Origin: Akkermansia sp.
Lineage (GTDB): Bacteria > Verrucomicrobiota > Verrucomicrobiia > Verrucomicrobiales > Akkermansiaceae
Direction of reading: 5' to 3'
Length of the DNA stretch: 64,000 nucleotides
Assembly (NCBI GenBank): GCA_017546445.1
Contig: JAFYWX010000002.1
Span: 23,620-87,619 of the forward strand
Of this stretch, positions 39,927-48,567 are shown piece after piece. Each line of letters begins with the position of its first letter. The first letter of the stretch is position 1. The notes beneath the pieces are model-generated. The model had not been told where the DNA came from. It did not search any database and was given only the letters and a program-made list of their open reading frames with translations. The translations under genes and the position numbers were made by a program.

Positions 39927-39955
39927 TTGACTCACCCCGGGCGGCGCGCTATAAT
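39927..39955 (+). promoter_or_regulatory. near-consensus sigma70-type promoter of the GTPase module
   Basis: TTGACT, a 17-nt spacer, then TATAAT, ending ~25 nt upstream of the ATG at 39981. The track start at 39927 is the TTG of the -35 box. Confidence 0.6.
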
Positions 39956-39980
39956 ATCCGCAAGTTCAGCCTCCCTCCAC

Positions 39981-41723
39981 ATGAATAAACAACTATACAT
40001 TTACGATTGTCTGGCCGCCAAACTCCGGGCTTCTGATGGCGTATTCATGACCATTGGGGCGGGCGAGAAAAACACCTTCCGGATTCAGATGAGCGCAGAG
40101 AACGCGGGCTCCTTTGCCCAGCGTGATTCAGTCTGCCGCTTTTTTCCCCATGGCAAGGTTAATCAATACTCCCTGAACGGAATACCGTTGAAATCGGATG
40201 TAGTCATACGCCCCGAAACCATGTATCTGTTTGTGATGGAGGGTGGTTGCTTCATCTGCTGGTATGGGAACGATGCCTCACGCCCGGATTTCAGCATGTA
40301 TGACCCCACGGTCTGGTATCTCTACAACCCCTCCCGTGAGGAATGGTACGGCCCCTATTCCCTGAGCGATTTACCGCTGGTGGCACCGGAACTGCCGGAT
40401 GACGTGCTGGCCTCATTCGATGGTCTTGAACACTGCGCTTTTTATCTGAAGGATATCGTCAGCGTATCCCAGTTTGTTGGAAATAGCGAGATTAAGGAAC
40501 TCGTGCCAGAACCGGCGCAGAGCGGTGCAATTGAGGCTCTACGCTGCCCGAATTGCTGGGAATTCCTTATGCCTGAGGAGATTCTGAGCATTGCCGCGCA
40601 CCCCGAACTCATGGGTGATACCATTCTGGGAGAGGATGCCATGCAGCGTTTCATGCCGGAATATTGCAACGCGAATGGCCTGCCGCTGGATGCCATGGGA
40701 GTGCCGTGCAGCGAATATGCCTGCCCGCATTGCCACTGCAAGCTCCCCCCCTTCTTTGCGCAGACCAAGCAGCACATCATCTCGCTGGTGGGCGTGCCTG
40801 CTGCAGGTAAAAGCTATTACCTTACTTCGCTGGTGCACGAGCTCGAGTCAAAATTCCCGCGGGAATTCGGCATGCCGTTCCGGGATGCAGACCCGGAAAC
40901 CAACGAGCCCTTGAATGAGATGCGCATGCGGTTGTTCACAGCCCGTACCCCGCAGGAGGCCTATATCGCCAAAACCCACATGCAGGGGCGCCGCTACCAC
41001 AAGGTCTGGCGGCAAGGGGTATACGCCAATATGCCCCGTCCGTTTATCTACAACCTCAACAAGGGCTCAGAGGCGCACTCCATTGTGCTATACGATAATG
41101 CCGGCGAGGATTTTCAGCCGGGTCAAAATAACGTGCTTACCCCGGGTAGCCACCATCTCAGCGTAGCATCGGCCATTCTGTTCCTTTTCGACCCGACAGC
41201 CAATCCGGGATTCCGGCAGTTGCTCCAGGAATCTACTGACCCCCAGCTGCGAAATGCTCTGTACCGCCCAGGTCGGCAGGCCATGCTGCTGGCAGAATCG
41301 GAAATGCGGCTTCGCACCAAATTAAACCTGCCACCATCCGAAAAGCTGGATATTCCCCTGGCGGTCATCATCGGCAAGAGCGACACATGGCGCCACCTGT
41401 TGGGACCGGAGGATTTGCTGCCCGCCACGCGCAATGGGATGTTCATGGCAGAGCACGTCAACATCAACTCTGCAAGACTCCGCCAGTTCATCTTCAACAT
41501 CGCTCCGCATATCTGCACCAACGCTGAGACCATCTCCTCGAATGTGCGTTACTTCGCAGCCAGTGCCCTGGGTGAATCTCCTGTTGAATTCACCGATGAA
41601 TCAAGCGGCAGCACACTTATCGGCCCAGCCTCCGGGCAGGTGCATCCGGTGCGTGTCACCGAGCCATTCCTCTGGGCCCTTCACAACGTAGCACCTTCAC
41701 TCATCCCAAGCTCGCAGGTCTGA
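39981..41723 (+). CDS. P-loop (TRAFAC-like) GTPase with Zn-ribbon and N-terminal FHA-like/GYF-like modules
   Basis: Walker A GVPAAGKS (40791), hhhhDxxG VLYDNAGE (41094), GKSD at the NKxD position (41373). CPNC (40545) and CPHC (40722) form a putative Zn ribbon. WYLYNPSREEWYGPYSL is GYF-like. Confidence 0.6.
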   Translation: MNKQLYIYDCLAAKLRASDGVFMTIGAGEKNTFRIQMSAENAGSFAQRDSVCRFFPHGKVNQYSLNGIPLKSDVVIRPETMYLFVMEGGCFICWYGNDASRPDFSMYDPTVWYLYNPSREEWYGPYSLSDLPLVAPELPDDVLASFDGLEHCAFYLKDIVSVSQFVGNSEIKELVPEPAQSGAIEALRCPNCWEFLMPEEILSIAAHPELMGDTILGEDAMQRFMPEYCNANGLPLDAMGVPCSEYACPHCHCKLPPFFAQTKQHIISLVGVPAAGKSYYLTSLVHELESKFPREFGMPFRDADPETNEPLNEMRMRLFTARTPQEAYIAKTHMQGRRYHKVWRQGVYANMPRPFIYNLNKGSEAHSIVLYDNAGEDFQPGQNNVLTPGSHHLSVASAILFLFDPTANPGFRQLLQESTDPQLRNALYRPGRQAMLLAESEMRLRTKLNLPPSEKLDIPLAVIIGKSDTWRHLLGPEDLLPATRNGMFMAEHVNINSARLRQFIFNIAPHICTNAETISSNVRYFAASALGESPVEFTDESSGSTLIGPASGQVHPVRVTEPFLWALHNVAPSLIPSSQV

Positions 41724-41727
41724 GAGC

Positions 41728-44523
41728 ATGCCATTACAACTTATCCATACCAGCGCACCGCACCTGCTCGATTCAAATGCAGCAGGGTATGGCACCGTGG
41801 CAAGATCTGAGAATATGCCGCGCACGCTGTGTGCACAGCTCACCGCACTGAGCATTCTGCGTGACCCCCGTAGAGGGAGAGCCACCACCGGGCCGCAATA
41901 CAGCTACACACTGCTCTGCAACGCTGGCGAAATATGGCACGTACTGACCTGCACCCAGATTGCCGGAGCAGATTACAGCGGGCGCATGTGCCACATTGCT
42001 CACCATCTTCTCCTGAGTCAGGACGAGGTGCGTACCTTGCATGCAAACGAAACCCGGCCGACACCGGCTGGTATGATACTCGCGCTTCAGAAAACTGGTT
42101 TCTGGCAGCAGAAATGGGAAGAAGCCCCACGCTACCTGACGGAAGGGCCGACTCTCAGCCGGGATGATTTACCCAGCGCAGAGGCTCAGCCCACCTGGAA
42201 AAAGCTGACCGGGCACAAATCAAATGCCCGCGCCTTCTTTACGCCTCCCTATGAGCGGGATTGTCTTATCCTGGTATCCCCCGGCACCCCGGCAGCAGAT
42301 ATCCTCAGCCTGTTCCACGAAAGTGACTGGCTTACCCACTCCCGTGGCTGGGGGGTAAGCTTTACTACAGAGGCAGATGAGGGAGATAGCTTTTCTGAAA
42401 CCTTGCGAATGGTCACAGCCTACGATTCCCCGCTGGTTCAACGGGCCCAGCGTACGGGGCATCCAGTGCTCAAAATTGAACAGGGCATGGGAATTCCACT
42501 GACTCCAGAGCCGGCCATCTCCCCACAAAGCAATATACTGCATCCTGCCCCGCCCAGGCAGGATGGGGAACTGACGCGCACGCTTTCCCGCTCTATTTCC
42601 TATTACCATTATACGGAAGAACCGGATTGGCTTATGTATGATGTGCGCCCGGCCCGCACACGCGCACCTTATTATATTTCCGCAGGGGTTGCCGCGCTGG
42701 CCGCACTGGGGCTAATCACCGGGTATTTCTATTTATCAACAGAGCAGCATACAAACGATATAGCAGAGGAAGATGCCGGGCATGGCTCACTCTCCACCAA
42801 CCATGTTCATATTCTGACCGGGCTGCTGGGCTCGCCATATGACCATGAGAAAGCAGAGCAAGTCCTCAACGAGCTTGCCGGTATAACGGAGCACACTCAA
42901 GAGGACTCTCTGCTTCTGGAAACGGTATCCCTTATCCGCAATGCGTCACAGCCCGGGGCTCGCCACGCTCATGTAGTGAAGCGCCTTTGTGAATGCGCGC
43001 GCCTGCTTGGGCTGATGGATAAGGAACTTGTGCAGCTTTATCTTCACGAGGCTACATTCAATATCACCCCGGAGGAATGGCAGAAGCAATTTGATGGACA
43101 GCAGCTGACGGATTGGCTTATCCTGAAGCAAACGGAGCCTCAGATTCTCGGGCTGCTGGAAAATGATACAAAGCTGCGCAATTATGCACCGAAGGAGCAG
43201 CCGGCGCAGCCGACCATACTGGCAGCCGCTAATACGCCCACCCCGGAGCAAATTGAGCAGAATGAGCAGACTCCTCCGCCAGGCCGAGTGTCCCTTATTC
43301 CCACAACCGCTGTCAGCGGTATGGATTTGCCGGATGAACTTGAAGCGGCTCTCTCTAATCTGCCCCATACTATCAGCACGGGGGCCTATGTTGTCTCCAC
43401 TTTCACGAAAGGTGGTGAATTGCAGCCGCCTCAGCGGGTGGACCTGAGCCCGAATGGCTTCAGGCTCTGCATCACCGCTACAGACAAGAGCAACGAAATT
43501 GCTCTGCACCCGGAGCATGTAGAAGGCAAACCCTGCCCGGTGCCGCCCAGCGTATTCACGATGCGAAAAGGCAGGCTTCACCAAATCGAATCCGGCGGGC
43601 AGGAAGCCATTATTGCCTTTCCTGTGCCCACCAGGAAGGATTTCCACGCCAATGTCATCCTGGCAACTTCCTTTGGATTCCCCATACCGAAGGGCGAATC
43701 CATCACCCTGCCCCCTGCAGCCAAGGCAAATCTCGAGGTTACTCAGGATTCTTTTGAGCTTGAAGTGGCGTCCGGCAGCACAAATAGTCCCAGGCTCAAA
43801 CTGAAGAAGACAAAGAAATTTCCCTGGGTGCTCTCCCGGCAGGAGCAGAAGCGCATACGTTTCACAGTAAATCTGCCAGTTCTTGCCGGGCACAACACCA
43901 TGCAGCAGACGGGAAGCAACCTGAGCACCTACCAATGGACGGATGCTGATATTTCCAGGGAAACAGACAGCATGACTACCTTGCGCTGTGTGGTTACGCA
44001 CTGCTCCTCCCTGCCCGAGCGATTGGAACAGGCCTTTGACCGGGTTGCCAATTCACCCTGCTGTGGAGAAATCAAGAACCAGAAGAACGCGTCTCTTACT
44101 CTGGCCAGGCTTTATCATATATGCAATGCGCTGGCCAATGATAAACTGACACGAGAGCAGAAGAAACAGCTGCACCAGGACTATTTCGCGCTTTTTGCCA
44201 GCAAGTCTTTCAATGCTATCCTTGTCCGCATCCTGGCCCAGGACACTTTCCTGCACATCTCTCCGGAGGAAGCCAGTGCGGATAATCAGAAATCGAGAAA
44301 AGCACGCAATAATATCATCAAATATCTCAACGACCGCCAGGTGCGGGATCTCATCAGACAACGAATCAGAGAAGTTCTCACGCGCAGCCTTTATGCTGCC
44401 TATACGCAGGAGCAGCAGGATCTGGCCAGCAAGGCGGATGCCCCCCCTGTCCTGATTCTGAAAAACATCAGCATCGGAAGCCATGTGGAGCTCCTCTGGC
44501 AGTTCCAGATGCAGGAGAATTAA
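41728..44523 (+). CDS. large single-pass membrane protein with a GTPase-associated-protein (GAP1-like) N-terminal domain
   Basis: The N-terminus LQLIHTSAPHLL..AAGYGTVARS....ADYSGRMCHIAHHLLL matches my recollection of the GAP1 N-domain family. One TM helix YYISAGVAALAALGLITGYFYL (about 42670-42735). Starts 4 nt after the GTPase stop. Confidence 0.5.
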   Translation: MPLQLIHTSAPHLLDSNAAGYGTVARSENMPRTLCAQLTALSILRDPRRGRATTGPQYSYTLLCNAGEIWHVLTCTQIAGADYSGRMCHIAHHLLLSQDEVRTLHANETRPTPAGMILALQKTGFWQQKWEEAPRYLTEGPTLSRDDLPSAEAQPTWKKLTGHKSNARAFFTPPYERDCLILVSPGTPAADILSLFHESDWLTHSRGWGVSFTTEADEGDSFSETLRMVTAYDSPLVQRAQRTGHPVLKIEQGMGIPLTPEPAISPQSNILHPAPPRQDGELTRTLSRSISYYHYTEEPDWLMYDVRPARTRAPYYISAGVAALAALGLITGYFYLSTEQHTNDIAEEDAGHGSLSTNHVHILTGLLGSPYDHEKAEQVLNELAGITEHTQEDSLLLETVSLIRNASQPGARHAHVVKRLCECARLLGLMDKELVQLYLHEATFNITPEEWQKQFDGQQLTDWLILKQTEPQILGLLENDTKLRNYAPKEQPAQPTILAAANTPTPEQIEQNEQTPPPGRVSLIPTTAVSGMDLPDELEAALSNLPHTISTGAYVVSTFTKGGELQPPQRVDLSPNGFRLCITATDKSNEIALHPEHVEGKPCPVPPSVFTMRKGRLHQIESGGQEAIIAFPVPTRKDFHANVILATSFGFPIPKGESITLPPAAKANLEVTQDSFELEVASGSTNSPRLKLKKTKKFPWVLSRQEQKRIRFTVNLPVLAGHNTMQQTGSNLSTYQWTDADISRETDSMTTLRCVVTHCSSLPERLEQAFDRVANSPCCGEIKNQKNASLTLARLYHICNALANDKLTREQKKQLHQDYFALFASKSFNAILVRILAQDTFLHISPEEASADNQKSRKARNNIIKYLNDRQVRDLIRQRIREVLTRSLYAAYTQEQQDLASKADAPPVLILKNISIGSHVELLWQFQMQEN

Positions 44524-44535
44524 CATTGTCGCCAC

Positions 44536-46659
44536 ATGGCTCGCCGCCGCCCAGACCCTGTACTCCAGAAAACACGACGACTGGCTCGCGCCGGGCGCCG
44601 CAAGGAGGCTGCCGATATACTGGAACAGGCGCTGCGGGATAACCCGCATAACCTCAAGGCCAGAGAAGAATTCTCCCGCTACCTGACCGGCACCCCCTTT
44701 ACCTTCGAGGAAAGCGATTACAAGGAACTCCAGACCATCATATCCGATTTCCTGCACCATCCGCAGCGTTTCTCTTCAATGCGGAAGAGCAGGCTCAGAC
44801 AACTCCGCCACCGTGTTGCCTTTCTGGAGAAAGCGCTTCTCCATATGCTGACCGTGGCCGATAAGAAATCCCTGCAGCAACTGCATGGGACAATCGGCAG
44901 GGCCCTGCAGCGCCATCGCAAACCAATCGGCAGGCTTGGCATTATCCTGGCAGCAGGGGCAGTTCTGCTTGCAGGCCTGGGTGGTACCGGTTGGTTTCTG
45001 CATCACCAGGCTGCAAAAGCGGCTGAAACCATGGCGGCTTTGTCAAAAAAGGATTATGAAATCAACACGGCTCTTAATCTGCTGAAGATATATGATACCG
45101 GCCTGAATCGCACCCTGAACCGGCAGGTAGGTGAAGAAGCCGAACGCCTGCGCCATTCCATTAAGGTCGCAAGGCAGCGGTATCATGAAATTGATTCCAT
45201 TCTCAAGGAAATTGAGAGCAGAAAACAAAGCGTGGTGGGCCAGGGCGTGCGCCGTCGGGCTCTCATCGAACGCCAGCTCCGCATGCTGGGGAGCAATGCC
45301 GAGGATTTGCAGAAACGCTGGGCCGAACTTTGCCGATTAGAACAAAAGGAACTCAACCAGCAACGCCTTTCACTGGCAGAAGAGCTGATGGCCCCGCTGC
45401 CGACCTGGCAGGATCTGACCGGAATTCCCGAAGATGATACAGCACTGCTGAAGGCTCGACTCAAAGTGCTGCAGCAGCGCATCAATATCTATGAAGATGC
45501 GTCTGAAGCCCTGAAAATACCAGAGGAAATCATTAAGCCTGCCAGGGAGCAGCACGAAGCCAATACAGCCTTGCTTAAAGAGGTGAACGATTACCAGGCC
45601 TTGCTGAATCTACTCCCCACAGCGCGCAGTTACACCCGCTATAGGGAGCTGCTGCAGATGCACCCACGCTCCAGTTACCAACCCGCGCAGATGCTCCGGA
45701 AGGCACTTGAACAGATGCCCGTGGTAGCCACGGTGCGCGGAATGATGCAGGAACATGGCCAGAATATCTCACACAAGCTCTTGCAGGCAGCGAAGAGCAG
45801 TCTGTTGGATGGCAAACCCACATTTTCTGCGGATTTCCCGGCCAGCAAGGAACAGCTGCACCTGCTGGAGGAATTGTTAAGCAATTCTGCCCTGCGTACC
45901 CGGCTGTATGAGCTTACCAATGTGGACGACAGGCTTGAGGCATATTCTGAAGCCTTGCCCAAACTCCGGAATGGACGAGCCTGTTTCATGCGCTCATCGC
46001 TTGACCCGCAACGCAATTTTAACGAACCCAAAGCGGTGGAATGGCAGAACCCACAGGCTGTAGTCAGCCGCACGCTGGATCCGAGGCCTTTGTATAAGGC
46101 ACTCGGGCTGGATAACAGGAGCGGGTTCGCCGCCGTGGTTAACATGCCAGCCACTCTCACCCGCCTGCTTCAGCATGCGCACCCGGACGTGCCGCCACTG
46201 GCTAAGGCATATATTTTCCATCATCTCATCCAAGTGAATAACAACACCAGTAACCCGGTTATCAGCGGCCTGCGTTATGCACCTGATATGCGGCGGATAA
46301 TGGAGGAATTCGAGAACATACGCAAGGAATGCCATATTCAGCTGGATGGAAATTGCTGGTTGCGCCGCACTGAGGCGCATGCCCTGGCAGAACGCCGCTT
46401 CGCTAACTGGTTCCATAAGCACCGCAAGGCTGACTTCGTGGCCGAGCTGCGGAGGAATTTCGGAGTTTTGCTCAATATTGAGCCCCGCTTCTGCGGATAT
46501 ATCAACCAGAATGGTGAACCTGTCCTCTTTGAGCAGGTCAGCAAGGGGCAGATGATATGGCATATGTCGCAATCAGCCATGGTTCCCTCCCCATACGGGC
46601 AGGAGCTGCAGAAGCCGGATTTGTTTTCGCCGGTGTTCCTCATGAAGAAACAAGGTTAA
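44536..46659 (+). CDS. large single-pass membrane protein, TPR-like N-terminus and coiled-coil region
   Basis: Arg-rich TPR-like start, TM helix LGIILAAGAVLLAGLGGTGWFL (about 44932-45000), then heptad-rich sequence and a ~400 aa unassigned domain. Starts 12 nt after the previous stop. Confidence 0.45.
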   Translation: MARRRPDPVLQKTRRLARAGRRKEAADILEQALRDNPHNLKAREEFSRYLTGTPFTFEESDYKELQTIISDFLHHPQRFSSMRKSRLRQLRHRVAFLEKALLHMLTVADKKSLQQLHGTIGRALQRHRKPIGRLGIILAAGAVLLAGLGGTGWFLHHQAAKAAETMAALSKKDYEINTALNLLKIYDTGLNRTLNRQVGEEAERLRHSIKVARQRYHEIDSILKEIESRKQSVVGQGVRRRALIERQLRMLGSNAEDLQKRWAELCRLEQKELNQQRLSLAEELMAPLPTWQDLTGIPEDDTALLKARLKVLQQRINIYEDASEALKIPEEIIKPAREQHEANTALLKEVNDYQALLNLLPTARSYTRYRELLQMHPRSSYQPAQMLRKALEQMPVVATVRGMMQEHGQNISHKLLQAAKSSLLDGKPTFSADFPASKEQLHLLEELLSNSALRTRLYELTNVDDRLEAYSEALPKLRNGRACFMRSSLDPQRNFNEPKAVEWQNPQAVVSRTLDPRPLYKALGLDNRSGFAAVVNMPATLTRLLQHAHPDVPPLAKAYIFHHLIQVNNNTSNPVISGLRYAPDMRRIMEEFENIRKECHIQLDGNCWLRRTEAHALAERRFANWFHKHRKADFVAELRRNFGVLLNIEPRFCGYINQNGEPVLFEQVSKGQMIWHMSQSAMVPSPYGQELQKPDLFSPVFLMKKQG

Positions 46660-46666
46660 CATAGCC

Positions 46667-47158
46667 ATGCGCATAGCCCTTTGCTCAGATATACACGACC
46701 ACATCACCCACCTGCTGCTTGCTCTGGAAACCGCCAGGTCCGCAGGCTGCACGCACCTTCTTTTCATGGGAGATATGGCAGAGCTGAGCACCTTCCGCAC
46801 ACTGCTGGAGGAATGGGTACACCCCATTGACCTGGTTTTCGGCAATAATGAGTACCAGCTACGTGAGTTCCGGAAAATGGCGGCTACTCGGGACAACACA
46901 ACCATGCACGGAGAAATTGCCGATATAACACTCCAGAATCGGCGCATCTTCTTCTGCCACCTGCCCTGGGCTGCCCTTAAAGCGGCAGAAAGCGGGGCGT
47001 ATGATGCGGTGTTCTACGGCCATACCCATGCCGCAGACCTCCGCAGCGTGGGTAACACACTTCTTGTCAACCCTGGCGAGATTTATGGCCGCCAGTCTCG
47101 CCCATCCATTGCTGTTTACGATACAGACACCAACTCTGCCCGCCATATTCTTATCTGA
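46667..47158 (+). CDS. YfcE/MJ0936-type metallophosphoesterase
   Basis: CSDIHDH, GDM, GNNE and GHTH motifs in canonical order, 163 aa. Confidence 0.8.
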   Translation: MRIALCSDIHDHITHLLLALETARSAGCTHLLFMGDMAELSTFRTLLEEWVHPIDLVFGNNEYQLREFRKMAATRDNTTMHGEIADITLQNRRIFFCHLPWAALKAAESGAYDAVFYGHTHAADLRSVGNTLLVNPGEIYGRQSRPSIAVYDTDTNSARHILI

Positions 47159-47733
47159 TGGATTACCTGCTGTACAGATTCTCCGCGCTCGCGCCGGATA
47201 CTTGTGACCTGCAACTGCTGCCGGTGGCAGAACAGGCAATGGCGGCAAAGAGAGGCGGAAAATACGCGATAATCCGCACGCTTCTGCGCCAGGAATTAGA
47301 GCGGCGCTCCGGCGTGCCGGCGCTGGATATCAGCTTCAGCTATTCCGAACACGGGAAACCGATATTTGAGGCGCAGCCATTCAACATCAGCCACTCCGGG
47401 GATATGCTCTGCATGGCTTTCCACCACAGCAGTATTGGCGTGGATGTAGAACGCATGCGGCCGAGGCATTTCGCTGCACTGGCAGCCCGCACCATGTGCC
47501 CGGAGCAACTGGCTGCATTCCTGGAGCGTGGCTGCCAGCAGGAGGAGTTCTATGCCTGCTGGTGCGCCACAGAGGCCCTCGTGAAATGGGCTGGCGATAC
47601 CGTATGGAATGCTCAGCGTTATCCCTTCATCTACCGCCATAACCGCATTGAATGCCTTTTTGCAGATGCCCCCAGAGTTGAACTATTCGTCCCCGGACAG
47701 GGATACATGGGAGCCATTGCCTATACTATATAG
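47158..47733 (+). CDS. 4'-phosphopantetheinyl transferase (Sfp/EntD type)
   Basis: GVDVERM and WCATEALVKW motifs. 1-nt TGATG overlap with the phosphoesterase gene. Confidence 0.8.
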   Translation: MDYLLYRFSALAPDTCDLQLLPVAEQAMAAKRGGKYAIIRTLLRQELERRSGVPALDISFSYSEHGKPIFEAQPFNISHSGDMLCMAFHHSSIGVDVERMRPRHFAALAARTMCPEQLAAFLERGCQQEEFYACWCATEALVKWAGDTVWNAQRYPFIYRHNRIECLFADAPRVELFVPGQGYMGAIAYTI

Positions 47734-47757
47734 TAAGTAAGAATACATTGTAGCACT

Positions 47758-48564
47758 ATGCCATTCCACGTTCAATTAGTCGTCACCCTCATCACTGGAA
47801 GCGTTGTTTTCTGTCTGGTTCTCGGGCTGTTCGGTTTTCTTTCCTATAAAAACCAGCAGACTCTCCCGCCGGCGCCGCTCTTCCCGGATAGCAAATTTCC
47901 CTGCATTTTCTCCTATGTCTACACAATATGCTTCGGTATCATTTTCGCCATGGGCTCTATCCATAGCAGCCTGCTCCAGGGAACAAACTCTGCAGTGGAT
48001 GATAATCTGGCAACATTCTGCATCAATGCGCTGTACCAGATAGCGCTCTATATTCCCTTCCTGATTATTTACATGAGGCTCCCTTCTCGCCGTTTTTCCA
48101 GCACAGCAGGTCAGAAGATGCTCTGGGTTCTCGGGTTCCTGCTGCTGATGCTCATTCCCGGTATGGTTCTGGAGTCCATGAAGTTCTCCGAATGGATTGC
48201 AGAGCAGACAGGGGCACCTCTTCTCCAGGATGTCGTGACAACCATCAAGGACGGCTCCATTGAAATCAAGATTGCAATGATAGTGATGGCTGTGATTATT
48301 GCACCGGTGACGGAGGAGGTGTATTTCCGCGGCTTTGTCTACAATATTCTGAAGCTCTGGACCAGCCCGGTACCAGCAGCAATTGCGTCCTCCTTCTTCT
48401 TTGCCATTGTACACGCCTCACTGACGCAGGCCGTTCCCCTCATGTTATTTGCGCTGATTCAATGCTGGGCTTATGAGAAAGCCCGCTCGCTCTGGCTGCC
48501 GATTGTTCTGCATATGATCTTCAACGCCACGAGCTGCCTTGCCATCCTGTTTCTGCTAGATTAA
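47758..48564 (+). CDS. CPBP (CAAX-type) intramembrane metalloprotease family protein
   Basis: Multi-pass membrane protein with EEVYFRGF and FAIVHA motifs. Confidence 0.8.
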   Translation: MPFHVQLVVTLITGSVVFCLVLGLFGFLSYKNQQTLPPAPLFPDSKFPCIFSYVYTICFGIIFAMGSIHSSLLQGTNSAVDDNLATFCINALYQIALYIPFLIIYMRLPSRRFSSTAGQKMLWVLGFLLLMLIPGMVLESMKFSEWIAEQTGAPLLQDVVTTIKDGSIEIKIAMIVMAVIIAPVTEEVYFRGFVYNILKLWTSPVPAAIASSFFFAIVHASLTQAVPLMLFALIQCWAYEKARSLWLPIVLHMIFNATSCLAILFLLD

Positions 48565-48567
48565 ACC

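Noticed and set aside
39927-39980. An upstream TTG start giving an 18-residue extension of the GTPase gene.
   Set aside because: That TTG is the first triplet of a TTGACT-17-TATAAT promoter, so transcription most likely starts downstream of it. The ATG at 39981 is preferred.
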